In this document: one piece after another, positions 60,578 to 64,000 of the stretch
Layout of the letters: each line of letters begins with the position of its first letter
How positions within the stretch are numbered: the first letter of the stretch is position 1
Program-made: the position numbers and the translations under genes
The notes under the pieces: generated by a model
What the model saw: the letters and a program-made list of their open reading frames with translations, nothing else
The model's database searches: none
Told to the model about the DNA's origin: nothing
Assembly (NCBI GenBank): GCA_964016885.1
Contig: OZ024761.1
Location: 28,086,001-28,150,000 of the forward strand
DNA length: 64,000 nt
Direction: 5' to 3'
Origin: Eledone cirrhosa
Lineage: Eukaryota

Positions 60578-60762
60578 CGAAGGAAATGTGGTAAGGAACC
60601 AGGTGGACCATAACGCACCAAAGTACTCAATACTTGAGGTAGTAGAGTGGGTAATAGGAACCAGTAAGACCCCGACAGCTGAGCTCAAGCCGTTTCGACG
60701 GCTAATTCTGGACTAAATGAAAATTTATCCTGGTATTTAAATAGCCGATCTTCTCAAGGGGT
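60577..60762 (-). mobile_element. Family A copy retaining a non-palindromic 5' half with a degenerate hammerhead core
   Basis: Minus strand: ACCCC-uugagaa-gaucggcua...uagccguc-GAAA-CGGC-uugagcuca-GCUG-UC-GGGGU plus tail. Confidence 0.8.
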
Positions 60763-60791
60763 AATTCCATATATGGTCAAAGTGATTGTCA

Positions 60792-60835
<44 letters not shown>

Positions 60836-60934
60836 TATACATGCATATATTTATATATACATATATACACAAACACACACACATATATGTATATGTATAT
60901 ATATATATGTATATTTACAAAAGCACACATGCAT

Positions 60935-60969
<35 letters not shown>

Positions 60970-60990
60970 TATATATATATGTAAAATCAT

Positions 60991-61038
<48 letters not shown>

Positions 61039-61111
61039 CACATACATATACATATATATACACATACACACAAACATATATACATATGCATATATATATA
61101 TATATATATAT

Positions 61112-61427
61112 AAAGAAAAAGAGATGAAATCGAAAATGCAACTGGAGTCTTATTTTTTTTTTAAATATATATATTTATTTGGTTCCTTTACCAGTTTCGC
61201 AGTTCTTCTGCTTTTCAAAAGGTGAGTTGAGATAGAGGGTCTGCTCCATCTCAACTCACCTTTTGAAAAGCAGAAGAACTGCGAAACCGGTAAAGGAACC
61301 AAATAAATATATATATTTTTTAAAAAAATAAGACTCCAGTTGCATTTTCGATTTCATCTCTTTTTCTTTATACTTTCACTCGTGTAGGACACCTCGGTTA
61401 TTTTTCATTTTGTAAAAAAAAACCCAC

Positions 61428-61433
<6 letters not shown>
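61112..61433 (+). mobile_element. Fold-back family B, copy 2
   Basis: Nearly identical to 13251-13607 but with a shorter centre. Confidence 0.88.
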
Positions 61434-61482
<49 letters not shown>

Positions 61483-61556
61483 TATATACATATACACACA
61501 TATATATATATGTATATAAATTTATACATACATATGTAAGTACACAACACATATAT

Positions 61557-61603
<47 letters not shown>

Positions 61604-61672
61604 CATATCCTTATCGAGCCCTCTTTGTATTTTAGTCTTCAAAATTATTATTATTACTATTATTATTATTAT

Positions 61673-61714
<42 letters not shown>

Positions 61715-61731
61715 ATATATATATGTGTATA

Positions 61732-61772
<41 letters not shown>

Positions 61773-61906
61773 ATATATATATATGTATATATATATATGT
61801 GCATTATATATATATGTATATATATATATATGTGTATTATATATATATGTATATATATATATATGTGTATTATATATATATGTATATATATATATATATG
61901 TGTATA

Positions 61907-61944
<38 letters not shown>

Positions 61945-61993
61945 TTATAACATTTTAAAGCTTGTTGAATCCCAACAAATTAAATATAACCTC

Positions 61994-62065
<72 letters not shown>

Positions 62066-62141
62066 TATATGTGTATATATAAATATATATATATATATAT
62101 AAATATATATATGTGTATATATATGTATGTATACATATATA

Positions 62142-62263
<122 letters not shown>

Positions 62264-62264
62264 C

Positions 62265-62299
<35 letters not shown>

Positions 62300-62300
62300 C

Positions 62301-62333
<33 letters not shown>

Positions 62334-62792
62334 CACATACACACACACAGAGAAAGAAAGAATGATATTGTAGAGGTTAGCCTAAACCAACTGGCTGAAA
62401 GCAAATGTCTCTGTATACCCAAGCTACAGTTTTGTCAGTCAGCCATTTGGGAATTTGGAATTTGGAAAACTTCAAAATGACTAACTGATGAATCGGAAGG
62501 AAATAGTTAGCCTCAGGCATTATTTTTCCTAGAAACGGAATTAAATAATCTATACTAAAATTCCAGTATTAAGTACATTTTCTCCAATAGGTTACAACAC
62601 TCATACAATATATATAACATATACATAGGGTAAATACATATAATATATGCATACATACATATATATATAAAGAGAGAGAGGGAGGGAGAATTATCTATAC
62701 AAACACATATATACTTAGTTATATATGTTATATAATACATACATATATACATATATTGTATATAATACATACATAATATATATATATATATA

Positions 62793-62931
62793 GGAAATAG
62801 AAATAGCCGTCGAAACGGCTTGAGCTCTGCCGTTGGGGTCATACTTTTTCCTATTTCCCACTCTACTACCCTAAGTATTGAGTACTCTGGTGCGTTATGG
62901 TCCATCTGGTTCCTTACCACAATTCCTTTGT
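62793..62931 (+). mobile_element. Family A copy (subfamily aaagtatg), left arm mostly deleted
   Basis: agaaatagccgtcgaaacggcttgagctctgccgttggggtc plus tail. Confidence 0.85.
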
Positions 62932-63169
62932 TTTATATATATATATATATATATAGATAGATATAGATATAAAGGTTTACATATACATAAAGTCATAGAT
63001 ATATATGTTTTGCAACCGGTCACATTGTGGCTCAATGAAGAATTAATAAATTAAATAATCAGAGCAATATATCATAAATCATGTCCTTAGAATCACTAGA
63101 TAAAATATATACCATTTCTTCTCCCAATTAGCACAATATTTTATCTAGTGATTCTAAGGACATGATTTA

Positions 63170-63241
<72 letters not shown>

Positions 63242-63321
63242 CAAAATATATATATATATTAATTACAAGAATATCAATAACCAGAATAATAAAAATATCA
63301 AGTAAGCATATACATCAGTAC

Positions 63322-63367
<46 letters not shown>

Positions 63368-63922
63368 AATACATGAAATATAAATACATATAAATATATA
63401 TATATATAGAGAGAGAGAGAGAAACATACATGCATGCAGCACAGAAAAAAGATAAGCGAGATAGTTTCAATAAGCAGCCAATGAAAATATATTAACTATA
63501 TAAAAAAATTAATTTAATAAAAGAAATAAAATAATTAGTGTTGACAAGGTTCAGTTTCCTTTTATAGGAATTGCATCTGCTCCACTATATATACATATAC
63601 ACACACACATATATATGTATATATATATGTGTGTGTGTGTGTGTGAAAAGTTTTGTGAACAGTTTCGTGACTATATAGAGAATTTGTAGTTTTTCCAAAT
63701 TGAAGGATGAGTATTTAAACTTTATTTTATTCTGAGTTAAGACTCTATTGGTTTTTCACCTGGATTTCACAAAATCTGTGGATAAATTCTCTGTCTTGAT
63801 TTTTTTAATTGAGTTTGAATTATTTTACCATTATTTTACATTAATTATTTTCCATCTTGACGTTATAGTCACTTATATATTATGAAATACTGTTGGCTTT
63901 TTGCTCACATTAATTTCTCAAT

Positions 63923-63980
<58 letters not shown>

Positions 63981-64000
63981 CAAAATATTAATAAATGAAG

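Noticed and set aside
62480-62513. ctgatga...gaaa hammerhead-like string
   Set aside because: Stem II does not pair and there is no room for stem III; likely chance.

Overview
Eukaryotic, very AT-rich and microsatellite-saturated animal DNA; the SINE and LINE content suggests a cephalopod such as octopus (inference). Almost all listed ORFs are translations of (TA)n, (CA)n or trinucleotide tracts. The only host coding sequence I can support is a minus-strand terminal exon (60285-60459) encoding [11 protein letters not shown] plus an RS tail, which matches the C-terminal half of the eMIC domain of Srrm2/3/4 (SRRM4/nSR100-like). The mobile DNA comprises a near full-length but broken Tx1/L1-clade LINE (43424-49175) and two relatives, R4/Dong-type, RTE and CR1 fragments, two tRNA-derived SINE families, a non-autonomous Helitron and mariner-type MITEs. 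The most striking unexplained structure is a set of short, unrelated islands embedded in (TA)n tracts. They share one architecture: an inverted (fold-back) duplication plus a unique tail, carrying type I hammerhead ribozyme motifs (about a dozen motifs, on both strands, many with self-complementary stem III loops). They look like Penelope-like or retrozyme-like non-autonomous retroelements that favour TA microsatellites.
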